Position numbers and translations under genes: made by a program. 64,000 nucleotides of DNA from Octopus sinensis (taxonomy: Eukaryota): the NCBI RefSeq assembly GCF_006345805.1, contig NC_043009.1, forward strand, positions 35,526,001-35,590,000, given 5' to 3'. Positions within the stretch are counted from its first letter, which is position 1. Every line of letters begins with the position of its first letter. The notes beneath the pieces are model-generated. The model made no database searches. It worked only from the letters and a program-made list of their open reading frames with translations, and was not told the DNA's origin. Positions 63,287 to 64,000 of this stretch are shown in pieces.

Positions 63287-63601
63287 CAAAATTTAATATA
63301 CAATTATTCATAATTGTAGTATCCTACGCCGATGAGAAAAGAAGTTTGGGTAAGGTAGAATTTTCTAATTCTTATGCTTTCCTAAAACTTGATTTCGAAA
63401 CGTACGTCCGTAGGTAACTTAAAATTGTATGATAGATTGCCGTCATCTCATTCTTTCTTACCTGTCTGTGTTTGCCTTTCAAGTGCTGTGTTTTTACTGA
63501 GATCTCCCTTTTAGTAGAAGGAATAGCTATATCTCTTTGACTGCTATTTCTAAATTCGGTGTGTGGCGAGGCAATTCGTTGCTAAAACCTTAATTGCTTA
63601 G
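63287..63601 (+). mobile_element. Single diverged copy of the 47-kb hammerhead unit
   Basis: Colinear with 47654-47977 (actgagatctcccttttagtagaa..ctttgactgctatttctaaattcggt.tgtgg..aggcaa.tcgttgcta) and ends in (TA)n. Confidence 0.85.
63323..63414 (+). ncRNA. Type I hammerhead ribozyme motif (core CCGAUGA)
   Basis: cctacg CCGATGA gaaa..aagttt...aaactt..tttc GAAA(63397-63400) cgtacg TC cgtagg. Stem I is a perfect 6 bp. Confidence 0.75.
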
Positions 63602-63617
63602 TATATACATATATATG

Positions 63618-63703
<86 letters not shown>

Positions 63704-63914
63704 TACAAATATATACATATATATATATATACATAGACACACAAACACACACTCACAAGCACACGTGTCCTCATGGTCATGTATACGTACGCGACCACGA
63801 CAAGTAACAAAGCTGTTTTCTTTACTCCAAAATTTACCCCGACGTTTTTTCTGTCTCTCTGTCTTTCTCAATTGCTATCCATTTCGGAATTAACTGTATA
63901 AACTTCATAATTAC

Positions 63915-63956
63915 TCTGTGTGTGTGTGTGTGTGTGTTTGGTGTGTGTGTGTGTGT

Positions 63957-64000
<44 letters not shown>
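63915..64000. repeat. (GT)n microsatellite running off the right edge
   Basis: Direct reading. Confidence 0.95.

Overview
AT-rich, microsatellite-dense eukaryotic DNA. The SINE families point to an Octopus (coleoid cephalopod) genome; this is an inference from recognised repeat sequences. No host protein-coding gene, rRNA, true tRNA or CRISPR array can be supported. Most ORFs in the track are microsatellite artefacts or decayed transposon frames. The window is a patchwork of R4/Dong-type RLE LINEs (about 8 pieces, several beside TAA/TAG microsatellites, one near full length), RTE and L1/Tx1 fragments, a Gypsy gag remnant, Tc1/mariner/pogo elements and MITEs, non-autonomous Helitron-like elements and tRNA-derived SINEs. 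The main discovery is a set of short, non-coding, microsatellite-embedded elements carrying minimal type I hammerhead ribozyme (HHR) folds. There are six well-formed motifs (45.8, 47.5 minus, 47.7 plus, 53.7, 62.0 and 63.3 kb) and two variant or degenerate ones (24.1 and 29.2 kb). They occur as tandem, inverted-plus-tandem and head-to-head palindromic arrangements, and stems I and II covary between copies. This resembles retrozymes or Penelope-like pLTR derivatives. All folds were done by eye and need computational and experimental confirmation. Most element boundaries are approximate.
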